From positions 800,001-864,000 of the forward strand of contig JBOEGF010000010.1 in the NCBI GenBank assembly GCA_050633305.1: DNA of 64,000 bases, read 5' to 3'. The notes beneath the pieces are model-generated. The model did not search any database and was not told where the DNA came from. It saw only the letters and a list, made by a program, of their open reading frames with translations. A program made the position numbers and the translations under genes. Each line of letters starts with the position of its first letter. Positions within the stretch are counted from its first letter, which is position 1. Source of the stretch: Nannocystales bacterium (lineage in GTDB: Bacteria > Myxococcota_A > Polyangia > Nannocystales > Nannocystaceae). Positions 28,537 through 38,394 of this stretch are shown one piece after another.

Positions 28537-29805
28537 ATGGGTCGATCGACCGGTCGCGCTGACCTTCCGTTGCATGGGGGTCGGGTCCCGCAGTGGCTCG
28601 CCACGCGGATGTCGAAACTCGGGCGGCTGATCACCGAGGCGATCGTGATCGACCAGGGGCGAGATGCGTTCATCCGCAAGCTCGCCCATCCCTTCTGGTT
28701 TCAGTCGTTCGGTGCCGTGATGGGGATGGATTGGCACAGCTCGGGCATCACGACCAGCGTGATGGGTGCGCTCAAGCGCGGGCTCGACCCGGTCAAACAC
28801 GAGTTGGGCATCTACGTGTGTGGGGGCCGTGGCAAGCAATCTCGGAAGACCCCCGGGGAGCTGCGCGCGGTGGGAGAGCGGGTCGGGCTCGACGGTGACG
28901 CGCTGGGTTCGGTGAGCCGGTTGGTCGCCAAGGTCGACAGTGCCGCGGTGCAGGATGGCTTCGCGTTGTACCTGCACAGCTTTGTGGTCGCCGCCGACGG
29001 TCAGTGGACCGTGGTGCAGCAAGGCATGAACGGCGCGCGTCGGCAGGCGCGTCGCTACCATTGGCTCTCCAGCGACCTCAAGAGCTTCGTCGACGATCCA
29101 CACGTCGGGGTTGCAGGAGAGTCTCGGGGGACGATCGTCAACCTCTCCGACCGCCGTTCGGACGCGAACCGTGCCGCCGCGCTGAAGGAGGTCGCGCGGG
29201 GTCCTGACCACGCGCTCGCTTCGATTTTGGACGCTCGGCGGTCTCGCGCACCACGGCCCCAGCCGGTGCCTGGGCTTCTCCCCAACCTCCAGCTACCCGC
29301 GCATCACGATGTCCGCTCCAGTGACGTTGTCATGCGCCGGTTGCATGCCGCCCTGACCGCTGCGGCGGAGCGTGGCCCCCGGGACTTCGAGACGTTGCTG
29401 CTCACGCCAGGCGTCGGTGCTCGCACCGTGGAGTCGCTGGCCCTCGTCGCTGAGGTGATCCACGGCGCGCCGTGTCGATTCAGCGACCCCGCGCGCTTCT
29501 CATACGCGCACGGCGGGAAGGATGGAGACCCTTTCCCGGTGCCGCTTCGGGTCTACGATCAGACCATCGGGACCCTACGGCGGGCGGTGGACGCCGCTCG
29601 AATCGGGAACGCTGACCGACTCGCGGCCATGAAGCGGCTCGACGAGCACGCCCGGCGAATCGAGGCGGTCGCAAAAGGGGCGTCGTGGGATGAACTCGTG
29701 GCTCGGGAGCGTCACCGTTCGCATTTGTACGGAGGGCAGACGGTCAAGGGGCCCGCAAAGCCACCGACGGGTCAGCGGGTCCTCCCCGGTACGGAGTCGT
29801 CCTGA
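28537..29805 (+). CDS. DUF763 family protein
   Basis: ADLPLHGGRVPQWL, MGMDWHSSGITTS, SYAHGGKDG motifs. Confidence 0.88.
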   Translation: MGRSTGRADLPLHGGRVPQWLATRMSKLGRLITEAIVIDQGRDAFIRKLAHPFWFQSFGAVMGMDWHSSGITTSVMGALKRGLDPVKHELGIYVCGGRGKQSRKTPGELRAVGERVGLDGDALGSVSRLVAKVDSAAVQDGFALYLHSFVVAADGQWTVVQQGMNGARRQARRYHWLSSDLKSFVDDPHVGVAGESRGTIVNLSDRRSDANRAAALKEVARGPDHALASILDARRSRAPRPQPVPGLLPNLQLPAHHDVRSSDVVMRRLHAALTAAAERGPRDFETLLLTPGVGARTVESLALVAEVIHGAPCRFSDPARFSYAHGGKDGDPFPVPLRVYDQTIGTLRRAVDAARIGNADRLAAMKRLDEHARRIEAVAKGASWDELVARERHRSHLYGGQTVKGPAKPPTGQRVLPGTESS

Positions 29806-29810
29806 GCGGA

Positions 29811-31475
29811 TCACTTGCGCCGTCGACGACGCACAAGACCCAGGCCAAACAACAAGACCCATGCCGGGTGCGGCGAGCCACCCACTGTGCATCCGCCCGA
29901 CGAGCCCGTCTGACCGCCCGTGTCGGTGTCGGTGTCGGAGGTGCTCGTGCCTCCGGCGCTGGCGGAGGTGTCGCTCCCGGAGGCGTTGGAGTCGTTGGGC
30001 CCGCTGCCAGATCCAGAGGCCGAGGTTGAGCCCGGTGTGGATGTCCCATCGCTTCCTTGGCCCGAGCCGCCGCCCGTCGACCCCTGGGCCCCGGAGGTGG
30101 TGTCGCCCGAGCTCGGGTTGCCCGAGGTGTCGCCCGAGGTTGTGCTGTCGCCCGCGCCCGAGGAGCTGCCGGTACTGCCACCGCCGACGACCTCGGGCTC
30201 GACCGTCACTTCCACGGTGTCCTCGTTCCACTGGTTGTCATCGTCGACGACGAGCAGTCGGAACGTATACGTCGCGTCGTATTCAAACTCGGTCAGCGCG
30301 AGCGTGCCGTCCACGCCTGGGGTGAGCGTGACCGCAGGACCGTCGAGTTGCTCCCAGGTTGCGGTCCAACCATCGTCGTCGATGATCGTGGGTTCGAGTG
30401 TCGCGGTGTCGACGTCGCCCGGGATGGTGATCGAGCCTCCCGCATCCACGCCCACCCGGTCGTGCGCGAGCAGCCAGGTGTAGACGCCGTCGGCGTACTC
30501 CATCGGATCGTATTGCACCCAATTCGTCTCGAAGCCGCACATCTCGTCTTCTGTCCATGCTGCCGTTCCGAACCCCTGCGACACGTTCTCGAACCCCGGC
30601 GTCCATGCGTTGTGGGCCGTGTTCTGGAACATGGTGATCCGCGAGACGGGGAAGGGGGTCTCTGTTCGGTCAGCGCAGGTCTCGAAGTTGTCCTCGTACA
30701 GCTCGGGCTCATTCGCGCGGCTCACGTTGCGGGCGACGAAGCAAGGGTCGAATGCGCCGGGCGCGACGTTGCTGTCGACGTCGTTCTCCCCGTGAAAGGC
30801 CCACAGCGCGGTGTCTTCGAGGCGGCACCCGAAGTCGTTCTCGTTGATGACGCCCCCGGGCCCGGCCGTGGCGGCGGTCATGCGTCGTGCGTATTGGGCC
30901 AGGTATTGGTAGGTCGCACGCCCCCCCTGGCTGTTGCCAAGCAGATACAACCGGCGCGGGTCGACGGGGTAGTTGTCCAAGACGAACTGCACGAGCGCAT
31001 CGAGTTCGTCGCGATCGTAGTCGTTGGCTGAGTTCGTCGGTTCTCGGTTCTGGGGCTGGATGACGATGAAGGGACGTTCCATGTCGTCCCACACGCCTTG
31101 CTGAATCTCGACCGCTGGTCCCCGCCGATAGACCCGGCAGATGCCGTCGACCGACGGCGCCGCCTCACAGTCTGCCACCGTGCAGGTGTCCGCGAGGTCG
31201 GGGCAGACCGAGATCGTGTCCATCGTACCGATCCCCCCGAGTGTCATCAGCATCGGGTAGAGCGTGTCGCCCTTGGCGTCGAAGTCGGCGGGAAGATACT
31301 CCCAGTAGCTCGCGGGCCACGGGGAATCCTCGGTGAGGGCGATGCCCCGCAACTCGCCGGGGGTGATGCCATCTTCGTACGGAATCTCCGCGTGGGCCGG
31401 CGTCGCGATCGCCAGTAGCGAGACGGCCATGACGCCGCCCCCAAACTTCCCCCAAGCCGATGGCGCTCGATGCAT
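29811..31475 (-). CDS. secreted alpha/beta hydrolase + PKD-like domain + MYXO-CTERM anchor
   Basis: VDPRRLYLLGNSQGG, WAFHGEND, WEQLDGP, S/T/G spacer, GGCTV-hydrophobic-RRRRRK tail; start uncertain (31430 is an alternative). Confidence 0.8.
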   Translation of the reverse strand: MHRAPSAWGKFGGGVMAVSLLAIATPAHAEIPYEDGITPGELRGIALTEDSPWPASYWEYLPADFDAKGDTLYPMLMTLGGIGTMDTISVCPDLADTCTVADCEAAPSVDGICRVYRRGPAVEIQQGVWDDMERPFIVIQPQNREPTNSANDYDRDELDALVQFVLDNYPVDPRRLYLLGNSQGGRATYQYLAQYARRMTAATAGPGGVINENDFGCRLEDTALWAFHGENDVDSNVAPGAFDPCFVARNVSRANEPELYEDNFETCADRTETPFPVSRITMFQNTAHNAWTPGFENVSQGFGTAAWTEDEMCGFETNWVQYDPMEYADGVYTWLLAHDRVGVDAGGSITIPGDVDTATLEPTIIDDDGWTATWEQLDGPAVTLTPGVDGTLALTEFEYDATYTFRLLVVDDDNQWNEDTVEVTVEPEVVGGGSTGSSSGAGDSTTSGDTSGNPSSGDTTSGAQGSTGGGSGQGSDGTSTPGSTSASGSGSGPNDSNASGSDTSASAGGTSTSDTDTDTGGQTGSSGGCTVGGSPHPAWVLLFGLGLVRRRRRK

Positions 31476-31664
31476 GCGGTGAGGATATCAAGTTCGGGTC
31501 TGAATCACGTCGCGCCCGGGCGGCCGAGTCCCACGCGCTTCGTTGTCGGTCGCAGCCGAATTCGCGGCGAGGGGGCGGCTCGGAGCCTCCGGGTCCCGCT
31601 CCTCGATCGATGGGCGAAGATGCCCGGCAGTGATCGTTCTCCCTCCCCGGTGCACTCCCATCCC

Positions 31665-32456
31665 GTGAACGACCGAGGACTCCTGCTCTCCCTTCTCGCC
31701 CTACCGGCCTGTGGCCCGTCGGTGGCAGACGTGGATGACCCGCGCAAGCCTGATGGTGGCGAGCCCGAAAACATCGAGAGCAGCTGCAAAGCGGCCTACG
31801 CGGCGAGCTACGCCTGCTATGACGACCTTGGGTATGGCTCCTCGGGGGGCGGGTATGGCGGGTACGGGTCGTCAGGTTCGTACGACCCAAGCGAGTACAT
31901 CGACGAGATCTGCGAGAGTTTCGGTCAGTATGCAGACGCGTACGGGCCGGGTTGCGCTGGCGCATTCGAGGAGGTGTTCGCCTGTTTGGCTTCCCTTGAC
32001 TGCAGTGTTCTTCTTGCTCGGCAGGAGAGCGAGGCCTCCGTTCCCGACCCGTGCCAGGCTGTGTTTCTCGACGCCAACGCGCGTTGCCCTGACGGGATCC
32101 CGTTGTGCGGAGAGCGGACCATCTCCTTCGCTGCGGCATGTGAGGTCTCCGCGTCCCTGTGCGCCGACGGACACAGCTACTCAGCGCGGTGCTCAGAGCC
32201 TGGTGCCACACAGAGCTGCGAGTGCGACCGCAACGGCGAGGTCGTGCAGACGGTCACGCTCCCCGGGGAGCTCGCCTGCGGAACGCCGGAGCTGTTTGAC
32301 GAACTCAGCGACGCCTGCGGGTTCCCGCCGGGGGTCTTCTTGGCCCAGGACTCATCGCAACCCGAGACGACGTCATCGACAGAGTCTGCTCACGGTCCGG
32401 CCCCTCGAGGCCCCGACCTCGAACAATTGTCGGACGCGGACTATCATCGCGCTTAG
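31665..32456 (+). CDS. Cys-rich lipoprotein
   Basis: LPAC lipobox, many paired Cys. Confidence 0.68.
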   Translation: MNDRGLLLSLLALPACGPSVADVDDPRKPDGGEPENIESSCKAAYAASYACYDDLGYGSSGGGYGGYGSSGSYDPSEYIDEICESFGQYADAYGPGCAGAFEEVFACLASLDCSVLLARQESEASVPDPCQAVFLDANARCPDGIPLCGERTISFAAACEVSASLCADGHSYSARCSEPGATQSCECDRNGEVVQTVTLPGELACGTPELFDELSDACGFPPGVFLAQDSSQPETTSSTESAHGPAPRGPDLEQLSDADYHRA

Positions 32457-32498
32457 ACCGTGGCCTTCAATGCGTCCCGGTCGCCTCAGGCATCTGCA

Positions 32499-34352
32499 AT
32501 GAGCCACCGACGCATCCCGATGCTTGTACTCGCCGGCCTGGTCTCAATCGGGTGTGGTGATGACGGGGGCGCCCTCGCCACGGTCTCGAGTGGTGCTCCG
32601 ACGACGGCTGGGACGTCCTCCGGTGGAGATGCCGCGTCCACGATCACCTCGCCCACGGAGGCGGCATCCACGACGCCCTCGCCCACGGAGCCCACGTCGG
32701 CGACCGAGACAACCGGACCCAACACGAGTGGGTGCGGAACGCAGTGCGGGACCGACACTTCGGCCGAGCCTTGCGGCGATGGGGTTTGCGACCCGCGGAG
32801 GGAGACGGGGGAGACCTGTCCGGTCGACTGCACGTGTGGCGATGACGTTTGCGATGAGGCGGAAGACCGCGCCTCGTGTTCGTTGGACTGCGGCCCCACG
32901 GTCGAGAGCTTGGACTGGGTCTCGCAGGACTTCGTGCTCGATGACCCCGCCGCCGACCCGTACTGCGTCCCCCATGCTCATCGGGGCGAGCAAGACTGGT
33001 TCTCCCCCGTTCGCTACATCCGTCGGGACGCCGTGCCTCGTCAGCAGTTCGCCGCAGTCCGCGTCCGGGCAGTGCATGAGGAGGGAATGTGGACCGACCG
33101 TGTACTCAGCACATTCGATGCTCCGCCCTACTTCGAAATGCAGCGGCGCACCGGCGCGGCCGAAGGTGTGTCTTGGGGAGGCGATGTCTATGAGAATGTG
33201 CCGCCCTACGTCTCGATCGTCGGCACCGACGACGGCTCGGACACCACGGGATGGTTCAACAACGAAGGGCCGAATGCTTGCCAGTACGGTGACGCGTGGG
33301 TCTCGTACGACGTGGGCGGCGTCCCACAGAGCCCTGGGGACGGCACCGTGCAGTGGTCCGATGAAGCCCAGACTCCGATCCGGGGGGTCCGACCGCCCGC
33401 CGTCGACAACTGCCCGGTTGCGCGTGGAGTCTCGCGCACCCGGTGGACGCTGTATCCCGACTTCGAGTTTGCGTCGACGGCGGACTGCGAAGACGGGGCG
33501 CGCAAGCGCATCGACACAATCGTCTCCGATCACGGCCCGGGCAACCTGTCTCACCACGAGGTGTTCTATTTCACCGACGTGTATGGGTTCACGCGTTGGG
33601 AACGATGGAACTGCGGCCCCGAACGGCAACTCGCGCCGCCCGACCCCGACTACGCGGCGTTGCGGTGCGACTACGAAAACTCGCCCAGCATCATGCACAT
33701 GTCGTACGCGGACCCCGAGGACCCATCCCTGTTGTGGCAGATTCAGAATGCAGAGGGTCTGTACTGCCAACTGCTCGATTGCCGGGACACCTCGTTCATC
33801 ACCCCGGTCGACCCTCCCGGGTGGATGCCAGCGGCGTGGCGGCCAGGGGCCATGGTGTACTTCATGGGCAACATCCTTCTTGACCCGGATTTCGGGTGGA
33901 GCGATGCCGGCGTAGCACCCAGCAGCTTCTGGACTCATGAGGGAAGCATGAACTCGGTCGTTCAGACCGATGCAGACGACGGACATCACGCCGTACTATC
34001 CACCGACCTGTCTGGGCCCGGATGGTTCTCGCAGCTCGTCTCCCTGGATGCAGCGCGCGCTCGGTTGGGAAACAGTACCGATGGCCTCTTCGTGCACTTT
34101 GGTGCGCGGGTGCGGGCGAGCGCCGATGGCCAAGCAATCCAGCTCGCCGTGGTCCAGTGGGATCAAGAACTCACGGAGCCTCTCTCGGTCGACGTCGAGG
34201 GCGGCGTGGCCGGAGAGGCAGCTGCGCATGTCTCGGCCACCACCGCGTTTCAAGGCGACGCCCGTTGGATACAACTCCGTGTTCGGCTGGACGCGAACGT
34301 CCAGGGCGTGGAACTCGACGACCTGTTCGTGGTGATCTCGGATCAGGAGTGA
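32499..34352 (+). CDS. multidomain lipoprotein (Cys-rich repeats, unknown core, C-terminal CBM-like sandwich)
   Basis: SIGC lipobox, CGDGVCD...CPVDC repeats, C-terminal NILLDPDF...LDDLFV. Confidence 0.72.
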   Translation: MSHRRIPMLVLAGLVSIGCGDDGGALATVSSGAPTTAGTSSGGDAASTITSPTEAASTTPSPTEPTSATETTGPNTSGCGTQCGTDTSAEPCGDGVCDPRRETGETCPVDCTCGDDVCDEAEDRASCSLDCGPTVESLDWVSQDFVLDDPAADPYCVPHAHRGEQDWFSPVRYIRRDAVPRQQFAAVRVRAVHEEGMWTDRVLSTFDAPPYFEMQRRTGAAEGVSWGGDVYENVPPYVSIVGTDDGSDTTGWFNNEGPNACQYGDAWVSYDVGGVPQSPGDGTVQWSDEAQTPIRGVRPPAVDNCPVARGVSRTRWTLYPDFEFASTADCEDGARKRIDTIVSDHGPGNLSHHEVFYFTDVYGFTRWERWNCGPERQLAPPDPDYAALRCDYENSPSIMHMSYADPEDPSLLWQIQNAEGLYCQLLDCRDTSFITPVDPPGWMPAAWRPGAMVYFMGNILLDPDFGWSDAGVAPSSFWTHEGSMNSVVQTDADDGHHAVLSTDLSGPGWFSQLVSLDAARARLGNSTDGLFVHFGARVRASADGQAIQLAVVQWDQELTEPLSVDVEGGVAGEAAAHVSATTAFQGDARWIQLRVRLDANVQGVELDDLFVVISDQE

Positions 34353-34485
34353 CCGACCGCGCTTCGCTGGAGCGTGGAGCTTCGGAGCCCACGAGCGCCG
34401 TCGCTGGGAGTCCTGTCGCTCCCAGGTGCCACGGAAACCCTGCGGCTTCACTCCGAGCCGCTCTCGCCGCAGACCACCGATCCCA

Positions 34486-37206
34486 TCAGGGGAGCTGCAC
34501 CGTCAGCGTCGTGTGGAGCACATCGTCCTCATCGACCTTGTTCTTCAGGGCCTGCAGCCTCGAGTACTGAGCGTCGGAGTCATAGAACATCTTCTGCACG
34601 CGCTTCGCCTTCATGTTGGTGTCGCTCGGTTTTCCGAACGTTCCCCAGAATACGCGTCGCTCCTGGTCCGGGCTGAAGTACGTGTCGACGACCTCTTGCA
34701 TCCTCTGTTGGAAGTCGAGGGCGTCGTTCTCGTGGCCGCGCTCGTAGAACAGGTCGAAGACAAAGCAATACACGTAGTCACGCTGTGGAATCGAGGTGCT
34801 CGTGCGTCCCTTGGCCCGATACTCGCCCCCGCCAAACAACATCTGAAACACGAGCTTTACCCCCGAGGACCCGCTGACGACATCGTCGACCAACTCGACG
34901 AAGTGACGGACGAAGTCATCACTGAGCGGGCTCATGGTGCAGTTGATGCGCTTCTTGTACGGATACGAAAACTCGCGCCCGTCCCAGGTCGTCATCGGCC
35001 AGCGCCGGACGAACGAGTTCGAGATCTTGGAGAGCGGGAGCGGCCCCTCTTTTTCCCGCAGTCGCTCCCACCAGCTCATCCCGGACCGCGCGACGTTGAC
35101 CACCTCGTCGAACTCCTTCATTCCCGGGGCTTGAGGACTGGTCCGATTCTTGTGAACGAGCTCGGCCAGCAGAACCGGGAAGGGACTGCGCCCTTTGGAC
35201 TCCACGGTCATCATGAAGTCGATGTTGTCCGAAAGGGTGCCTGCGGCGACTTTCTGCGTCCACAGCTGCACCTGCACCATCAGCTTCTTGTAGAGGGACT
35301 TCTTGTACTTTCGGATCGCATCGTAGCGATACGACTTCTTGTGATCGGTATCCTTGATGAGCTCGAAGGTGTAGCGCGTCACGATGCCGAAGCTTCCCGC
35401 GTTGCCGCCCAACACCCCCCAGTAGAGCTCTTCGTCGGCCTTGCGCTTGGCGGTCGTCGCGGGCGTGTTCGGGTCGGGGCGCTGAACCGTGCGGACGGTC
35501 CCGTCTGCCAGTACGATCTCGAACGCCGCGACGTAGTCCAACGCGAGGCCGAAGCCCCGGACCAGGTGTCCGTAGCCTCCGGTCTGAGCGTGCCCACCGA
35601 TTGCGACCTTTGGACACTCACCATGCGGGAAGGTGACCCCGTGCTCTGCGTTGGCCTTTGCCAGTGTGTTCAGGCGCGCCGCCGGTCCGAGCTCGAGGAC
35701 CCCGCCGCGGTAAAGGACCTCATCGAAGCGGTCCATCGACAACACGATCGTATCGCGGCCGCCCGACGACTTGCCTGTGTACTGGTGGCCGCCGCTTCGG
35801 GCGACAACGCTCTTGCCCTTCTTCGTCGCGTGAGCCAGAGCAACCTGGATGTCCTTGATGCTCCGGGGATAGGCGACCATGAGCGGGCGCATCTTGGCCT
35901 TGGGGTACGAGGACGTCGCATATTGCCGTGCGTGCCTCGTGTAGCCCCAGCTCGACTGGGTGTAGATCTGTCCCTCGAATCCCGGAATGGGCCCGGACCG
36001 AGAGGTCAGGGAGAGTGGGGCCGGAAGGGCCGAGCGGGCCCTGTGAAGCGCCATGCGTTTCGACACCGATGTCGCCAGGGAACCGGCACGACGAGGCCGA
36101 GTCTCGTGGTGCACGACTTCGAGGTCGTCGTTGGTGTTCACGAACAGCCGAGAGGAGAGCTGGACTTCACCGTCGGGATGCGACGAAAGGTGCGCCACGA
36201 ACCCCCGGGTCACGCGCCCCACGAAGTCTCCCCACCCACCACGGTCGGTCTCGACCTCACCGTCCCGATCCGTCTCCACAGCGGCGTCCGAGAACACACC
36301 GAAGCGTGCGCTCGCAATCGAGTCGATGACCTCCGCACCGCTGCGTTCCTCGGTGTAGATATGGCTGTTGAACTTCTTGGGCAACCGTTGGAGCGCCGCT
36401 TCGATGATGGCCCGAAGCTTCTGTTGTTTCTTGGCGCCGCCTGTCCCAACGGCGTCAATCGTCACGAGCGGCAGCCCGTAGCTTCCCATATAACTGTCGA
36501 GGACCAGGTCGACCCCCTTGGGAATTCCACCGGACGAAACAAAGAGAGCTTCGGCAACCTCGGAGAGCTCTTCCCCAGGGTAGGGGAACGTCGAGCGCAT
36601 CATCCATAACGCTTTGGCCTTCTTGGCTTGGAACGTGACCTCGACGATGACGGCATCGGTCGTTCGTGCGCGTTCGAGGGCCGACGCTCCAGCTTTGGGC
36701 TTGAATGTCGTTTTTGTGCCATCGGATTTGACCGCGCGGATCGAAGTGATGTGTTGGGACCACGGGCCCAGCGTGCGGACGAGGCGGGATTCGTCCCGCA
36801 GTATGCTGGAGGCGATGCTCCTGCGGTTGCTGTCCGACAGGGGAAGCGCGAGCCCATTTTGAGATAGGATCTGCGCGAGTTCCTGGTTCGTGGCTGCGGC
36901 CTCGGCACGGACGAGGTTGCCGGTGACCTTGACGCCCGAGAGATCGGACATGTCGATCACGACCGCTCCTGTTCCGTCTTGAGTGTCCTGTTTGGCGACC
37001 TGGCGCCCGCTTCGATAAATTCGACGTCGACCCTGCGTCATTGCCATTGCGGTCTCAACGTCGGACTTGGACGCTGGGTACACGACATGGTGTGGCCCCT
37101 GGATGTCGAATGCGGGCATCCGAAAGTCATGTGCGGACTCTAATACTGTGCCCTCGAAGTTCCGTTTCTTCTTTGTTGCGGTTCCGGAACTCTTCGGAGA
37201 GGTCAT
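34486..37206 (-). CDS. FAD-linked oxidoreductase (BBE/VAO family) with duplicated FAD-binding module
   Basis: RSGGHQY, GECPKVAIGGHAQTGGYG, SFGIVT and RLQALKNKVD motifs; the N-terminal half is a degenerate second copy. Confidence 0.85.
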   Translation of the reverse strand: MTSPKSSGTATKKKRNFEGTVLESAHDFRMPAFDIQGPHHVVYPASKSDVETAMAMTQGRRRIYRSGRQVAKQDTQDGTGAVVIDMSDLSGVKVTGNLVRAEAAATNQELAQILSQNGLALPLSDSNRRSIASSILRDESRLVRTLGPWSQHITSIRAVKSDGTKTTFKPKAGASALERARTTDAVIVEVTFQAKKAKALWMMRSTFPYPGEELSEVAEALFVSSGGIPKGVDLVLDSYMGSYGLPLVTIDAVGTGGAKKQQKLRAIIEAALQRLPKKFNSHIYTEERSGAEVIDSIASARFGVFSDAAVETDRDGEVETDRGGWGDFVGRVTRGFVAHLSSHPDGEVQLSSRLFVNTNDDLEVVHHETRPRRAGSLATSVSKRMALHRARSALPAPLSLTSRSGPIPGFEGQIYTQSSWGYTRHARQYATSSYPKAKMRPLMVAYPRSIKDIQVALAHATKKGKSVVARSGGHQYTGKSSGGRDTIVLSMDRFDEVLYRGGVLELGPAARLNTLAKANAEHGVTFPHGECPKVAIGGHAQTGGYGHLVRGFGLALDYVAAFEIVLADGTVRTVQRPDPNTPATTAKRKADEELYWGVLGGNAGSFGIVTRYTFELIKDTDHKKSYRYDAIRKYKKSLYKKLMVQVQLWTQKVAAGTLSDNIDFMMTVESKGRSPFPVLLAELVHKNRTSPQAPGMKEFDEVVNVARSGMSWWERLREKEGPLPLSKISNSFVRRWPMTTWDGREFSYPYKKRINCTMSPLSDDFVRHFVELVDDVVSGSSGVKLVFQMLFGGGEYRAKGRTSTSIPQRDYVYCFVFDLFYERGHENDALDFQQRMQEVVDTYFSPDQERRVFWGTFGKPSDTNMKAKRVQKMFYDSDAQYSRLQALKNKVDEDDVLHTTLTVQLP

Positions 37207-37655
37207 GCGAAGGACGCTATCACGGGTGCATCACCGAACGACCTCCCACGCTGGTGTTCACCAGTGACTCGTCCGGCCGGCTCGCGTATCCGCGTTCGCG
37301 TGGCTTGGTCCTGGCTTCTCGGTACACCGTTCAGGCTTTGCGAGAGTTGCGAGTTGCGAGTTGCTCGTCGCTTGGGCGAGAGCCTCATCGGCATGTGTCT
37401 TTGCTGCGCTCGCTCCTTCTGGTCGCGACCTTCACGACCGTGGATGGATTCGACAGGGGGAGTGCTGCAGAACAATCCACCGCGGTCAAAGCGAAGTTGG
37501 AACCCTCGGCTGTGGTTCAGGCGTTGGCGGAGCTGGCCGTATCGTCGGGCGCTGCTCGACGTCGAGACGCCGACGAAGGGGCCGGCTCACCGGCAAAGGC
37601 TGCGCGGACGAGGTTGGACGTGGACGCGGCGGAGACGGGGGCGTACGTCTGTGGT

Positions 37656-38327
37656 GTGGATCAGATCGAGTTCGAGTACTGGAGTGACCCGCTGTGCATC
37701 TGGGCCTACGTCGCCCAGCCGAAACTGGATGCCGTGCTCGAGCGTTATGGCGATCGGCTCTCGCCGCGCTACCGAGTGGTCCCGGTGTTCGGATCCATTC
37801 CGCAGCGGTTCAGGACGGGCTCGTGGGCGGAGGCCGGTCCGGAGGGACGAGCGGAGGCGACCAGGCGCGTCGCGCATGAGCACGACCAGCACAACGTCGA
37901 CGGCGCGTGCTGGCTCGAGGACTGCCCGTCGTCGTCGTGGTCCGCCGGATCGGCGCTGGCCTTGGTCCACAGGATGGCCGACGGGGGCACAACCTCGCGG
38001 ACTCAGGCGGAGCGGTACCAGTGGCGGATGCGTGAGCGGTTCTTCGTCGAGAGACAGAACGTGGCTCGGCGCTCGGTACAACTCGAGATCGCGGAGGAGA
38101 CTGGTATCCCCCGAGTGGAGCTCGAGCGGGGGCTCGACGACGGGACTGGGGTTTCGGCGTTGTGGGAAGACCACGCGCGCAGAGAGCAACTCGGGCTGCG
38201 TGGTTCGCCGACGTTTGTGTTCGACGGCGGTCGGGCGATTCTGTACGGAAACTTCTCCGAGGCGGTACTCAACGCCACCGTCGAGGAGCTGGTCAAAGGT
38301 CTGGTTGCGGGCGGTTCGGAATGCTGA
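37656..38327 (+). CDS. DsbA/FrnE-like thioredoxin-fold protein
   Basis: EYWSDPLCIWAY and GLRGSPTFVF motifs. Confidence 0.8.
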   Translation: MDQIEFEYWSDPLCIWAYVAQPKLDAVLERYGDRLSPRYRVVPVFGSIPQRFRTGSWAEAGPEGRAEATRRVAHEHDQHNVDGACWLEDCPSSSWSAGSALALVHRMADGGTTSRTQAERYQWRMRERFFVERQNVARRSVQLEIAEETGIPRVELERGLDDGTGVSALWEDHARREQLGLRGSPTFVFDGGRAILYGNFSEAVLNATVEELVKGLVAGGSEC

Positions 38328-38394
38328 GGTGGTGAGTTCGGTCCATCGCCGCCGCGTTTGACAACAACGAACCTGTGAGACCCAATGGTGGCGG

